DNA of 64,000 bases from Myxococcales bacterium (GTDB taxonomy: Bacteria > Myxococcota_A > UBA9042 > JABWCM01 > BTVJ01). A program made the position numbers and the translations under genes. The notes beneath the pieces were generated by a model. The model worked only from the letters and a program-made list of their open reading frames with translations. It had not been told where the DNA came from and searched no databases. Where the stretch lies: positions 96,001 through 160,000 of the forward strand of contig BTVJ01000008.1 of the NCBI GenBank assembly GCA_045863395.1, written 5' to 3'. This document shows positions 37,756 through 47,668 of the stretch, piece after piece. Each line of letters starts with the position of its first letter. Positions within the stretch are counted from its first letter, which is position 1.

Positions 37756-38451
37756 CTAGCGCGAGCGGCTCAGCGCGCGCTTCTCGGCCTCCTGGATGAG
37801 CTTGACGTTCTTCTGGTCGACCGGGGTGAGCTTCACGTCCTTGGACTCTCCGCGGGGCAGCGGGAGCAGGTTGGACGGGACCTCCGTCGAGGTCTGCCCG
37901 ATGCCGTCCGGGCGTGGGTCGTAGAAGAAGCGGTTGAGGTCCTCCTTCTCGAACTTGTAGCCGTGGCGGGCGTAGGACGCGTTGCGGAGCTTCCAGAGGG
38001 TCAGAGGGGTGTAGCAGGCCGGCTCGCTCGGGCACAGGTCGCCCTTGCCCAGCGCCTCGCCGCGCAGCACGGTCTGGAGCGCCCCCGCGAAGTCGTCCAT
38101 GACCGCGCTCTCGAAGAGGCTCATCTTGCGGCCGGCCATGCCCTCGACGTACTCGCTGGCGCGGGTGCAACGCCAGTCATCTCCCTCGCCCGGGCAGACG
38201 GCCGAGACGTGGCGCGCGATGGCCTTGAGCTCCTCACCGGTCAGCTCCAGCTCGATGGGGTGGCCGTAGCCGGGGTCCAGCGAGAGCGCCTCGGCGTCTA
38301 CCTTGGGGCCGTAGGCGGTCTTGAGGAGCAGGTCGATGCAGCCCTGGGTCACCTCCTTCGCGGGGCTGGTGGCCTTGGGCCACGCATCGACGCAGTGGGC
38401 CTGGGTCGGGGGCGCGGACAGCATGACGACGACGGACAGCGCAAGCAGCAT
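37756..38451 (-). CDS. secreted YARHG domain protein
   Basis: LRNASYARHGYKF...LNRFF; signal peptide. Confidence 0.88.
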   Translation of the reverse strand: MLLALSVVVMLSAPPTQAHCVDAWPKATSPAKEVTQGCIDLLLKTAYGPKVDAEALSLDPGYGHPIELELTGEELKAIARHVSAVCPGEGDDWRCTRASEYVEGMAGRKMSLFESAVMDDFAGALQTVLRGEALGKGDLCPSEPACYTPLTLWKLRNASYARHGYKFEKEDLNRFFYDPRPDGIGQTSTEVPSNLLPLPRGESKDVKLTPVDQKNVKLIQEAEKRALSRSR

Positions 38452-38541
38452 GGGCTCACTCCTCGGGGTTTGAGATGTTGCGGGAGGGTACCGCGGCGAC
38501 GAGCCTCCGTCGAGGCGCGAAGGATCGGCGCAAGGTGGCCG

Positions 38542-39033
38542 TCAGGCAGCGGGCTTGCGGCCGCGGCGCTCGGCGCGGAGCCGGCGCCTCTCCTGGGCCT
38601 CGGAGTAGCGGCGCCGGTCCTCGTCCGTCTCCGGGAGCACCGGAGGGATCGGCGTGGGCTGTCCGTGCTCGTCGAGCGCCACGAAGGTCAGCCAGGCGCT
38701 GGCCGTGTGGGCGCGCTCGCCGGTCAGCGGGTCCTCGGAGTCCACGCGGACGCCGACCTCCATGGAGGTCCGGCCCGCGTAGTTGACCGCCGCGCGCAGC
38801 TCCACGATGTGGCCCTGCCGCACCGGAGCGACGAAGTCGAGGGCGTCGATGCTCGCCGTCACCACGACGCGGCGCGCGTGGCGCTGGGCCGCGATGGCCG
38901 CCGCGATGTCGATCCACGAGAACACGGTGCCGCCGAACACGGTGCCGAGGGCGTTGGTGTCCGACGGGAGGACGTGCTCCGTCTTGTGGACCCGGGACGC
39001 CGAGACGGGCTTCGGCGCGAGCGGCTCGCTCAC
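38542..39033 (-). CDS. acyl-CoA thioesterase (hotdog fold)
   Basis: DTNALGTVFGG, VVTASID, GRTSMEVGV, LTFVALD; GTG start with GGAGG RBS. Confidence 0.92.
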   Translation of the reverse strand: MSEPLAPKPVSASRVHKTEHVLPSDTNALGTVFGGTVFSWIDIAAAIAAQRHARRVVVTASIDALDFVAPVRQGHIVELRAAVNYAGRTSMEVGVRVDSEDPLTGERAHTASAWLTFVALDEHGQPTPIPPVLPETDEDRRRYSEAQERRRLRAERRGRKPAA

Positions 39034-39419
39034 GCCTCCTCCCGGCGCTGGGGGCGGCGGCGCGTCGGGCGCTCCTCGGCCCCCTCGGGCGCCGCCTCGG
39101 GCGCAGCGGCCCCACTGGCGACGGTCGCAGCAGTCGCCGACGCCTGCTTGTCGAGCTGCTTCTTGAGGTTGGCGACCGTGGTCTCCAGCTCGCGGATCGT
39201 GCGGCGCAGCTTCGCCACGTCCGAGCGGGTGACCAGGTTGTAGCTGGTCGCGAAGCCCTGCACGCGCCCCTCGATGGTCTTGTGGACGTCGGCGCGCACG
39301 TTGATCGCCTTCAAGACCGCGCGCTGGAAGCGCGGGTCGTTCAGGACCTTGCGCGCCGCCGGGGAGGACATGGCCTTGGTGGCCTGCTTCTTGATGTTGC
39401 TCACGAGCGAGTCGAGCAT
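39030..39419 (-). CDS. hypothetical coiled-coil protein (phasin-like)
   Basis: NLVTRSDVAKLRRTIRELE motif resembles PHA-granule proteins; AAGGAG RBS. Confidence 0.65.
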   Translation of the reverse strand: MLDSLVSNIKKQATKAMSSPAARKVLNDPRFQRAVLKAINVRADVHKTIEGRVQGFATSYNLVTRSDVAKLRRTIRELETTVANLKKQLDKQASATAATVASGAAAPEAAPEGAEERPTRRRPQRREEA

Positions 39420-39678
39420 GGTGGAGCTCCTTTGAGGGTCGGGTCGCGTCCTGCGACGTGGCGGGCCATGTACCGCGACCGGACGCCCGTGTCAACGCGC
39501 TCCGGGCTGCGAGGGAGCACCGGCCGCCGCCGCCCGGGAAGCTCCCTGCGCCGCCTGTTGTTCAACACGCGCGGCAGCTTGCAGGCGGGGGACGCTCGGC
39601 GGTTTGACACCGCTCCGGAATCTGGACTAGAAGGGTGGTCATTGCGCGCGGCAGGCGCGCCACACCTGGGAGGCCGAC

Positions 39679-40170
39679 ATGGCACAGAGCGATCCGACGC
39701 CCCCCGTCAAGGCGAAGGGCAAGAGGTCTGCGTTCCCGCTGATCATCGGCGCCATCGTGCTGGGCGGCGCCGTCCTGATCATCGGCTCCAGTCAGGGGGC
39801 CTACGACCTGCAGATCGCCGAGGTGCTCGCCAACAAGCAGGACTACGTGCAGCGTGAGATCAAGGTCTCGGGCATCATCGCTCCCGGGTCCCTCAAGGGC
39901 ACGACCGAGGACGGGTCCTTCCACTTCGACATCCAGGACGAGAAGGGCAACAACCTGACCGTCCACTTCACCAAGCGCCTGCTCCCCGACCCCTTCGCCG
40001 AGGGGCGCGAGGTCATCGCGCTCGGCCGACTGCAAGAGAACGGCGTGCTCCAGAGCAGCAACATCACGGTGAAGTGCCCCTCCCGATACCAGGAAGAGGG
40101 CATGACCGAGGAGCAGGCCGGCAAGTACTACGAGCAGAAGTACAACAACGGTCACAAGGCCCAGAACTGA
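39679..40170 (+). CDS. ccmE: cytochrome c maturation heme chaperone, Cys-type
   Basis: TM anchor, LPDPFAEG, KCPSRY heme-binding motif. Confidence 0.92.
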   Translation: MAQSDPTPPVKAKGKRSAFPLIIGAIVLGGAVLIIGSSQGAYDLQIAEVLANKQDYVQREIKVSGIIAPGSLKGTTEDGSFHFDIQDEKGNNLTVHFTKRLLPDPFAEGREVIALGRLQENGVLQSSNITVKCPSRYQEEGMTEEQAGKYYEQKYNNGHKAQN

Positions 40171-40185
40171 CCCTCCCGGGGCCTC

Positions 40186-43100
40186 ATGCAGCAGACCGGT
40201 CAGTTCATCCTCCACATCACGTTCCTGACGACGCTGGCCACCGTGGTGGTCGCGTTCATCGGGGCTCGGGTGAAGAGCCTCGACCTCATGCGGGCGGCTC
40301 GCTACGGGGTCTACGCCGTCTGTCTGCTCAACGCGGGCATGGCGGCGGTGATGATCCAGTCGCTGCTGAGCCACGACTTCAAGAACATGTACATCGCGAC
40401 GTATACGGACGTGGACATGCCCACGGCCTACGTGCTCGCGGCGTTCTGGGGGGGCGAGAAGGGCGCGCTGCTCCTGTGGGTCACCGTGCTCGGGGCCTTC
40501 AGCGCCATCGCCGTCACGCAGAACCGGCACAAGGAGCCGGTCTACATGGCGTGGACGACGGGCATCCTGATGAGCGCCTTGCTCTTCTTCTATATTCTCA
40601 TGGTCTTCGAGGCGAGCCCCTTCGAGCAGTTCTTGACCTTCGCGGGGCCGGAGGACGGGCAGGGCATGAACCCCCTGCTCCAGAACCCGACCATGACCAT
40701 CCACCCGCCGAGCCTGCTCACGGGCTTCATCGCGTTCACGTTGCCCTTCGCCTTCGGGCTCGCGGCCCTGATCACCGGGCGCCTCGACGACGAGTGGACC
40801 CAGGACACTCGCACCTGGACCATCGTCTGCTGGGTGTTCCTGACGACGGGGCTGATCCTCGGGGGGGCATGGGCCTACGAGGAGCTCGGCTGGGGCGGCT
40901 ACTGGATGTGGGACCCGGTCGAGAACGCGGGGCTCATTCCCTGGTTCACGGCGACGGCCTTCCTCCACTCCGTGATGATCCAGGAGCGGCGGCGCATGCT
41001 GCGGCGCTGGAACTTCTTCCTGGTGCTGCTCACGTTCCTGCTGACCATCTTCGGCACCTTCCTGACGCGCAGCCAGCTCATCGACTCGATCCACGCCTTC
41101 GCGGACTCCAAGCTGTCGATGTACTTCCTTTGGTACATGGTGGTCATCGGCACGGTGTCCACCGTCGCGCTGGCGTACCGCTGGCGGGAGATGGCGCCCG
41201 ACGCCCGCATCGACCACTTCCTGTCCCGGGAGAGCTTCTTCGTCCTCAACAACATCCTGCTCCTCGGGAGCGCCTTCGTGGTCTTGTGGGGGACGCTGTT
41301 CAGCAAGGTCAGCGAAGCGGAGACGTTCCAGAGCGGGTACAACAAGGTGGTGGGGCTCTACAACGCGACCCTCGGCGGGCTGCTCGGCCCCATGGAGCAG
41401 CTCACCCAGGCCGTGATCCTCAACGAACCCTGGTTCAACCGTGTGATGGTCCCCATCGGGCTGCTCCTGCTCCTGCTCACGGGCATCGGGCCGGTGATCT
41501 CCTGGCGCAAGGCGACCCGCAAGAACTTCCGCACCAACCTGCAGAAGCCGCTGCTCTGGTCTTCGGTGGTGTCTGTCCTGGGCGCCATCGCCTGGGGGGT
41601 CCTCCGCGTGACCGAGCTTCGGTCCTCCATGGTGGCCGATGCCTTCGCGCGCTGGTTCGACGACGCCAACGCCTTCGTGGGAAAGCTCCTGGTCATGAAG
41701 GGCGACGCGGGGGATGCGCCCGCGATGCCGGTCGTGACCCTCGGGGACGCCTACGGGCGCTGGGCCGACTCCCTCGGGCGTGCAGACGTCTATGCATTCC
41801 TCGCCTTCTTCTTCTCGGCCCTGGTGGTGGCGACCGTGGGCACCGAGTTCTGGCGGGGGACGCGGCTCCGGCAGTCGAAGGCGGGTGGCGCCTTCGTGTT
41901 CAACCTGATGCTCCTCACCATCCGCACGCCGCGCCGCTATGGGGGCTACATCATCCACCTGGGCGTCGTGATGTGCTTCATCGCCTTCGCGGGCGCCGTC
42001 TTCAAGGACGAGCTCCCCGAGCAGCCCCTCTACCCGGGGGACCGCATCGCCGTCGGCGGCTACCATGTGACCTTCGCCCGCTCCGACGACATCTGGCACG
42101 CCGACGGGGCCTACGTGTCGTCCAAGGCGACCATGGTGGCGCTGGAGGGGGAGAAGACGGTCCCCCAGGCCGCGGTGGACGCCCTGGCGGGCCGCCTGGA
42201 GTCCGCTGGGCTCGTGCCCTTCCACGTGGAGACCTTCCGCGGCAACCCGGCGGTGCGGCTGCGCTTCGGCAACGAGGAGCACCGCCGCCGCGTGCAGGAG
42301 GATCTGTACGTCCGGAGCTACCTGCTCACGGCCTTCGAGGTGCTCGACGCGCCGAAGGACAAGGCGGAGCTCCAGCTCCAGCTCCGGGACATGGACGCGG
42401 TGGCGGTCGTGCCCCAGCTCATGATGAAGACGGCGCGCAACGTCCGGGAGTTCTTCGAGGATCAGGGCGGGACGGTCAAGGCGTCCTTCGTGCCCGGCTC
42501 GCCCCTGCTGGCGCTGCGTTTCCCGACCGTGGACGCGCGGGACGCCTGGCTCGCTCGCGCCGAGGGGGAGCCCTTGCTTCGTGACGTGGTCGGGGGCTGG
42601 ATGGACCCGGACACCGGCGCCGTCGAGATCGTGCCCGCCGGGGTGGGGTCCTTGCTGTACCCCGAGGTGCGCTTCTACAAGAAGCACGGCACGCCGACCA
42701 CGGAGATCGCCATCCAGTCCAAGGTCCTGGAGGACCTCTACCTGGCCATGCGCCCTGCCGCGGGTCAACCGTTCATCAACCTGCTGGCCGTGGTGTTTCC
42801 GTTGGTCTCATTTCTCTGGGCCGGCACGCTGATCATGATCATCGGCGCGCTGATCTGCCTGCTCCCGCGCAGCATCACGGGCCTGGCGCGGGGCGCCGGG
42901 GCCGCGCTGATCGCCGGTGTCCTCCTCGTGCCCCACCCGGCGGCAGCGCAGGACGAGGCCTTCGAGGAGGGCCACGGCGACGAGATCCCGCTGGTCGCGC
43001 TGCCCGACGACGGCATCACCACCGTCGAGGACGCCCGGACGCGACTGCTCGAGGCGCTGCGCTGCCCCGACCGGAAGCCCGGCGGCTACACGATCCGCGA

Positions 43101-43692
43101 CGAGCCTCTGCTGGAGTGCGCGACCGCGTCGGGCGAGGAGCTGCGGGCCCGCCTGGATGATGACCTCGCCCGCCTCCGGGCCCTGCCGCCCCGGGACGCC
43201 ATGCACCGTGTCCTGGAGGGCTTCCTGCACCGCGACCCGGCCAACGAGCGGCTCCTGCGCTTCGGCGAGGCGGACTTTCACCACATCTTCGGTCGCATGG
43301 TGTGCACCTGCGGCTGCACGGGCGGCATGGCCCTGTCCAAGTGCCCGCTGTCCTGCGGCAACTCCAAGTCGTGGAAGACCCGGTTCAAGGTGCTGCTCGC
43401 CGAGGGCTTCGACCGTGAGCAGGCCAAGGGCGTCTACCTGGCCTCCGTCAACGCCGCGCGGCCCAAGGGGCAGGCCCCCTACACGGTGGACGACCTGGAC
43501 GCGGACCCGCAGAAGGCCCTGAGCTGGGTGGTGCCCGCCGTGGTCATCGGCGGGGCGGCCGTCACCTTCGTGTCCGTCATGGCGGGCATGAAGCGGCGGC
43601 GGGCGGCGGCCGCGGCTGCGCCTCCCGCGCCGCAGCTCAGCGAGGCGGACCGGCGCCTGCTCAAGGACGAGCTCGAAGAGCGCGACGACTGA
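40186..43692 (+). CDS. ccmF: cytochrome c heme lyase CcmF fused to CcmH-like domains
   Basis: WGGEKG, NPLLQ, HPP, WGGYWMWDPVEN WWD motif; C-terminal LRC and CTCGC regions. Confidence 0.93.
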   Translation: MQQTGQFILHITFLTTLATVVVAFIGARVKSLDLMRAARYGVYAVCLLNAGMAAVMIQSLLSHDFKNMYIATYTDVDMPTAYVLAAFWGGEKGALLLWVTVLGAFSAIAVTQNRHKEPVYMAWTTGILMSALLFFYILMVFEASPFEQFLTFAGPEDGQGMNPLLQNPTMTIHPPSLLTGFIAFTLPFAFGLAALITGRLDDEWTQDTRTWTIVCWVFLTTGLILGGAWAYEELGWGGYWMWDPVENAGLIPWFTATAFLHSVMIQERRRMLRRWNFFLVLLTFLLTIFGTFLTRSQLIDSIHAFADSKLSMYFLWYMVVIGTVSTVALAYRWREMAPDARIDHFLSRESFFVLNNILLLGSAFVVLWGTLFSKVSEAETFQSGYNKVVGLYNATLGGLLGPMEQLTQAVILNEPWFNRVMVPIGLLLLLLTGIGPVISWRKATRKNFRTNLQKPLLWSSVVSVLGAIAWGVLRVTELRSSMVADAFARWFDDANAFVGKLLVMKGDAGDAPAMPVVTLGDAYGRWADSLGRADVYAFLAFFFSALVVATVGTEFWRGTRLRQSKAGGAFVFNLMLLTIRTPRRYGGYIIHLGVVMCFIAFAGAVFKDELPEQPLYPGDRIAVGGYHVTFARSDDIWHADGAYVSSKATMVALEGEKTVPQAAVDALAGRLESAGLVPFHVETFRGNPAVRLRFGNEEHRRRVQEDLYVRSYLLTAFEVLDAPKDKAELQLQLRDMDAVAVVPQLMMKTARNVREFFEDQGGTVKASFVPGSPLLALRFPTVDARDAWLARAEGEPLLRDVVGGWMDPDTGAVEIVPAGVGSLLYPEVRFYKKHGTPTTEIAIQSKVLEDLYLAMRPAAGQPFINLLAVVFPLVSFLWAGTLIMIIGALICLLPRSITGLARGAGAALIAGVLLVPHPAAAQDEAFEEGHGDEIPLVALPDDGITTVEDARTRLLEALRCPDRKPGGYTIRDEPLLECATASGEELRARLDDDLARLRALPPRDAMHRVLEGFLHRDPANERLLRFGEADFHHIFGRMVCTCGCTGGMALSKCPLSCGNSKSWKTRFKVLLAEGFDREQAKGVYLASVNAARPKGQAPYTVDDLDADPQKALSWVVPAVVIGGAAVTFVSVMAGMKRRRAAAAAAPPAPQLSEADRRLLKDELEERDD

Positions 43693-43712
43693 CCCCACCG
43701 AGGCTCCTCCCG

Positions 43713-45104
43713 ATGTACCTCCTCATCCCCATCGCGCTGGCTCTCGTGCTGGTCCTGGCGGGCTACCAAGTGGCGCGGCTGGTCCTCGCTGCCTCGCGGG
43801 CTGTCCGCGGGCGCACGCACTCGGCGGAGGACGTGCGCATCGTGCACCTCCGAGACGAGCGGGAGCGCTGCCTCGCGTCCTTGAAGGAGCTCGAGAACGA
43901 TCTGGAGATGGGCAAGCTGAGCGCCGAGGACTACGACGAGCTGCGGACCTGGTACGAGCAGCGGGCCGTCGAGGTGATCCGATCCCTGCGCGAGCTGGAG
44001 AAGGGCGCGAGGGCGCTCCTCGTCGCCATCGCGTTGGTGGGATGGGGGGGCAGCGTCCGGGCGCAGGAGATGCCACCCGGGCACCCACCCATCGACGGCA
44101 TGACGCCGGGGGGAGCCCGCGCCGGGGATCCGTTCCCGGCCAACACGGACGCGGTGGTGCGGGTCATCCACACGGACGCCACCGGCGCCCGGGGCCCCCG
44201 CGCGGGCGTGCGGATCATCGCGGAGGCCATCGAGGGGCAGCGGGACGAGGCCGTGGCGCTGGCCGTGTGGAGCGCGGTGACGGGCCCCGACGGCGCGGCG
44301 CGGCTCGGACGCATCCAGGTGCCATCGGGGTCCACGACGCGCGTGATGGCGGTGGTGGGGACCACGCGGTTCTCCCTCGGGAGCCGCACCGGCGGCGAGT
44401 GGGTGATCCGCACCTGGGACACCACGGAGGACATCGACGCCCTCTCCATGGACGGCCGCGTGGATCTGGCAGTCGAGGAGGGCGCGCTGACCGTCCGGTT
44501 GAGCTGGACGCTGATCAACACGTCACCGGTCGCCATCGATCTGGCGTCCCGCGAGCGGCCCGTGCACCTGCCCCTGGTTGGACCCGTGGCCATGGGGGGC
44601 GTCGTCTCCCGCGGCTTCATGCCTCCGCAGGCCACCAAGCACACCCGCGTGGGCGTGTCGCCTGACATGGGCCGCGTGTCCACGGAGGGGGGCGGCTTCG
44701 CCTACCGGGGCCTCATCCCCCCCGGCGAGAGCGTGAACGTGCGCATCGGCTACCCCCTGGACTACCCGGCAGACGACATGACGGTCGGGGTTCGGGCAGA
44801 GGAGGTCCCCATCCGCTCACTCCTCTTCACTCTGGCGCGCTCGCCGCGCCTGTTCCCGGAGCTGCGGCTGTCCGTGCCCGCCGTGGGGGCCGACGCGGAC
44901 CAGGGCCGGGACCGGGTCCTGATGCTCAAGGCCATCGACCCGCTTGAGACGGGGGCGGAGGTGACCCTGACCCTGCGGCACCTGCCCGTCCACGGGCGCA
45001 TCGGGCGGTGGGCCGCGACGGGCTTCATGGTCGCGGGCGCCGTCGTGCTCGCCATCGCGTTCCTGCGGGCCCGGGTCACGAGGCGCGGGGAGCCCTCCGC
45101 ATGA
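43713..45104 (+). CDS. CcmI-like N-terminus fused to periplasmic domain
   Basis: LKELENDLEMGKLSAEDYDEL motif; within ccm operon. Confidence 0.7.
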   Translation: MYLLIPIALALVLVLAGYQVARLVLAASRAVRGRTHSAEDVRIVHLRDERERCLASLKELENDLEMGKLSAEDYDELRTWYEQRAVEVIRSLRELEKGARALLVAIALVGWGGSVRAQEMPPGHPPIDGMTPGGARAGDPFPANTDAVVRVIHTDATGARGPRAGVRIIAEAIEGQRDEAVALAVWSAVTGPDGAARLGRIQVPSGSTTRVMAVVGTTRFSLGSRTGGEWVIRTWDTTEDIDALSMDGRVDLAVEEGALTVRLSWTLINTSPVAIDLASRERPVHLPLVGPVAMGGVVSRGFMPPQATKHTRVGVSPDMGRVSTEGGGFAYRGLIPPGESVNVRIGYPLDYPADDMTVGVRAEEVPIRSLLFTLARSPRLFPELRLSVPAVGADADQGRDRVLMLKAIDPLETGAEVTLTLRHLPVHGRIGRWAATGFMVAGAVVLAIAFLRARVTRRGEPSA

Positions 45105-45763
45105 CCGGGGCGCTCCGGTCCGTCGAGGCCCGCGGCGTCAGCAAGATCTACGAGCGCCGCTTCGCCGTGCACGACGTGTCTCTGCGCCTCGAGGCCGGGA
45201 CGGTGACCGGTATCGCGGGGCACAACGGCGCGGGCAAGACGACGCTGTTCTCGCTTCTCTCTACGCTCGTGGCCCCGTCCCGCGGGCAGCTCCTGTTCGA
45301 CGACGTCCCCGCCGGCGACTGGGACCGCACGGCGCTGCGGAGCCGTATCGGGCTCCTGGGGCACAAGTCCTTCCTCTACCCGGACATGGACGGCCTCGAG
45401 AACCTCACCTTCTTCGGGCGCCTCTACGGGCTGCGGGCAGCTCTGGACGACCGCGTCCGCGAGGCCCTGGAGGCGGTGGACATGTGGGGCGCCCGCCGCC
45501 GCCGTGTGAAGCACTGCTCCCGCGGCATGGTGCAGCGGCTGGCCTTTGCGCGCGTCCTGGTGCAGGACCCTGCGCTGTGGCTCCTCGACGAGCCGACCAC
45601 GGGGCTCGACACGGACACCAAGGCGCGGCTGCTTCATCTGGTGGCCGGGCAGCGGACGCGCGGGCGCATCGTCGCCGTGATCAGCCATGAGGCGGACACG
45701 CTCGCCCAGCTCTCGGACCGCATGCTGCGCCTGCACGGCGGGCGCATCGAGGAGCACCCGTGA
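45101..45763 (+). CDS. ccmA: heme ABC exporter ATPase
   Basis: GHNGAGKTT, SRGMVQR, LLDEP; precedes ccmB. Confidence 0.88.
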   Translation: MTGALRSVEARGVSKIYERRFAVHDVSLRLEAGTVTGIAGHNGAGKTTLFSLLSTLVAPSRGQLLFDDVPAGDWDRTALRSRIGLLGHKSFLYPDMDGLENLTFFGRLYGLRAALDDRVREALEAVDMWGARRRRVKHCSRGMVQRLAFARVLVQDPALWLLDEPTTGLDTDTKARLLHLVAGQRTRGRIVAVISHEADTLAQLSDRMLRLHGGRIEEHP

Positions 45764-46455
45764 GCGCGCTGGGGCGGGCCGTCGATGGGGCCCGGCACGT
45801 GGGGACCATCCTCCGCAAGGACCTGCTCGTGGAGCTGCGGACCAAGGAGGTCCTGCTCACCATGGGCCTGTTCGCCGTGCTCACGGTGGTGATCTTCTCC
45901 TTCGCCTTCTACGTGGACGACGACCGGGCCCGGGCCTACGCCCCCGGCATCCTCTGGGTGACCGTGATCTTCAGCGGCACCCTGGGGCTCAACCGCCTGT
46001 TCGACCGGGAGCAGGAGAACGACTGCATGAGCGCGCTCATGCTCTCGTCGGCGGGGCCCAAGGCCATCTTCCTCGCCAAGTCCCTCGGCAACCTCCTGTT
46101 CACGCTGGTGATGGAGCTGCTGACCGTCCCCCTGATCCTGCTGTTCTTCGATCTCTCCGTGGACCGCCCGGCGCTGCTCCTGCTGGTCCTCCTGGCGGGC
46201 ACCGTGGGTTTCTGCTTCGTGGGCACCCTGTTTGCGGCCATGCTGGTGCGGGCGCGCATGAAGGAGGTCCTCCTGCCGCTGGTGGTCTACCCGGTGGTCG
46301 TGCCGGTGATCATCGGGGGCGTCAAGGCAACCAGCGGGATCCTCAACGGTTATCCCACCGACGAGGTCGTGGAGTGGGCGCGCCTGCTGTTGGCGTTCGA
46401 TCTCGTCTTCGTGGTACTGTCGGTCTGGCTCTTCGAGCGGATGTGGGTGGAGTAG
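45760..46455 (+). CDS. ccmB: heme exporter permease
   Basis: KDLLVELR, PGILW, FDREQEN, EVLLPLVVYP. Confidence 0.92.
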   Translation: MSALGRAVDGARHVGTILRKDLLVELRTKEVLLTMGLFAVLTVVIFSFAFYVDDDRARAYAPGILWVTVIFSGTLGLNRLFDREQENDCMSALMLSSAGPKAIFLAKSLGNLLFTLVMELLTVPLILLFFDLSVDRPALLLLVLLAGTVGFCFVGTLFAAMLVRARMKEVLLPLVVYPVVVPVIIGGVKATSGILNGYPTDEVVEWARLLLAFDLVFVVLSVWLFERMWVE

Positions 46456-47205
46456 ATGGCCCAAGTACACAAGGGTGGCCCGCCGTTGGTGGAGGCGGGC
46501 AGGGCGCTGCTGAGCCCCTTCGGCGCCGCGTGGACGCTGGCGCTCGCCGCCACGCTCACCGCCATGACCTGGGTGTTCTTCGTCGCTCCCACCGAGCGCA
46601 CCATGGGCATCGTCCAGAAGATCTTCTACTTCCATGTGCCCTTTGCCATCGCCATGGGCGTGCTGTTCGTGCTCACGTCCGTCCTGTCGCTGGCCTACCT
46701 GCTCAAGTCCGACGACCGGGTCGACGCGGCGGCTGCGGCGTGCGCGGAGGTGGCGGTCCTGTTCGGGGTCATCGTGCTCGTCTCGGGGCCGCTCTGGGCG
46801 CGGAAGGCCTGGGGCGCCTACTGGAGCTGGGAGCCGCGGCTCACGCTGACCCTGCTCACGGTGTTCATCTATATCGGCTACCTGACGGTCCGCGGCTTCG
46901 CGGGCGAGCGCGGCTTCGCGCGGCGGGTGGCGGCCGGCCTCGGGCTCATCGGGGCCCCGGCCTGGTATCTCATCCACATCGCCGTGGAGCGCTGGGGCGG
47001 CACCCACCCCAAAGACGTGGTGTACGGCGAGAGCGGCGGCCTCCAGCACCCGGACATGCGGACCACCTTCTTCCTGGGGCTGGTCGCGGTGCTCCTGCTC
47101 GCCGTGGTCACCATCTGGACGCGGATCAAGGTGCGGAGGCTCGAAGATCGCATCGAGGCGCTGGCGCTCGACATGGAGGCCAACGCCATTCAAGGGGAGC
47201 ACTGA
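46456..47205 (+). CDS. ccmC: heme exporter protein C
   Basis: QKIFYFHVP, WARKAWGAYWSWEPRLT, HP. Confidence 0.93.
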   Translation: MAQVHKGGPPLVEAGRALLSPFGAAWTLALAATLTAMTWVFFVAPTERTMGIVQKIFYFHVPFAIAMGVLFVLTSVLSLAYLLKSDDRVDAAAAACAEVAVLFGVIVLVSGPLWARKAWGAYWSWEPRLTLTLLTVFIYIGYLTVRGFAGERGFARRVAAGLGLIGAPAWYLIHIAVERWGGTHPKDVVYGESGGLQHPDMRTTFFLGLVAVLLLAVVTIWTRIKVRRLEDRIEALALDMEANAIQGEH

Positions 47206-47222
47206 GGAACCGAGGAGCAGAC

Positions 47223-47513
47223 GTGCCAGAGAACGAGAGCCAGGGGGCCGAGGGCGCTCCCGCAGAGTCGGAGGTCGCAGCCCCGGCGGGGCAGGGCGCA
47301 CAGGGGGCGACCTCGGTGGTCGTCCAGCCGTCCAAGGGGAGCGCCGAGAAGGAGTCCGTCCCCGGCGGCCCCCTGCTCATCGGCGCCTATCTGTTCATCT
47401 GGGTGGCGCTGTTCGCGTGGCTGCTCTTCGTGCGCCGCTCGCAGGTCCGCCTGGAGCGTGAGGTCGAGCAGCTCGAGGAGCGCCTGGACCGCCACATCGG
47501 ACAGACCCGATGA
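47223..47513 (+). CDS. ccmD: CcmD-like small membrane protein
   Basis: GAYLFIWVALFAW TM plus coiled coil, after ccmC; GTG start with GAGGAG RBS. Confidence 0.7.
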   Translation: MPENESQGAEGAPAESEVAAPAGQGAQGATSVVVQPSKGSAEKESVPGGPLLIGAYLFIWVALFAWLLFVRRSQVRLEREVEQLEERLDRHIGQTR

Positions 47514-47665
47514 CCAGCTCCCACATCTTCTACATCCCCCTGATGGTTCTGGTCGGCCTGGTGCTCGGCTTCGTCCTCGGGCGCAAGACGGCGGCGGCGG
47601 AGCTGGAGCAGCAGCGCCGCCGTGAGGAGCGGCGGGCCGGCAGGCGCGCCGAGCGCAGCGAGTAG
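47510..47665 (+). CDS. 51-aa single-TM protein (absent from ORF track)
   Basis: MTSSHIFYIPLMVLVGLVLGFVLGRK...; ATGA overlap with ccmD, ends 3 bp before next ATG. Confidence 0.75.
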   Translation: MTSSHIFYIPLMVLVGLVLGFVLGRKTAAAELEQQRRREERRAGRRAERSE

Positions 47666-47668
47666 CGC

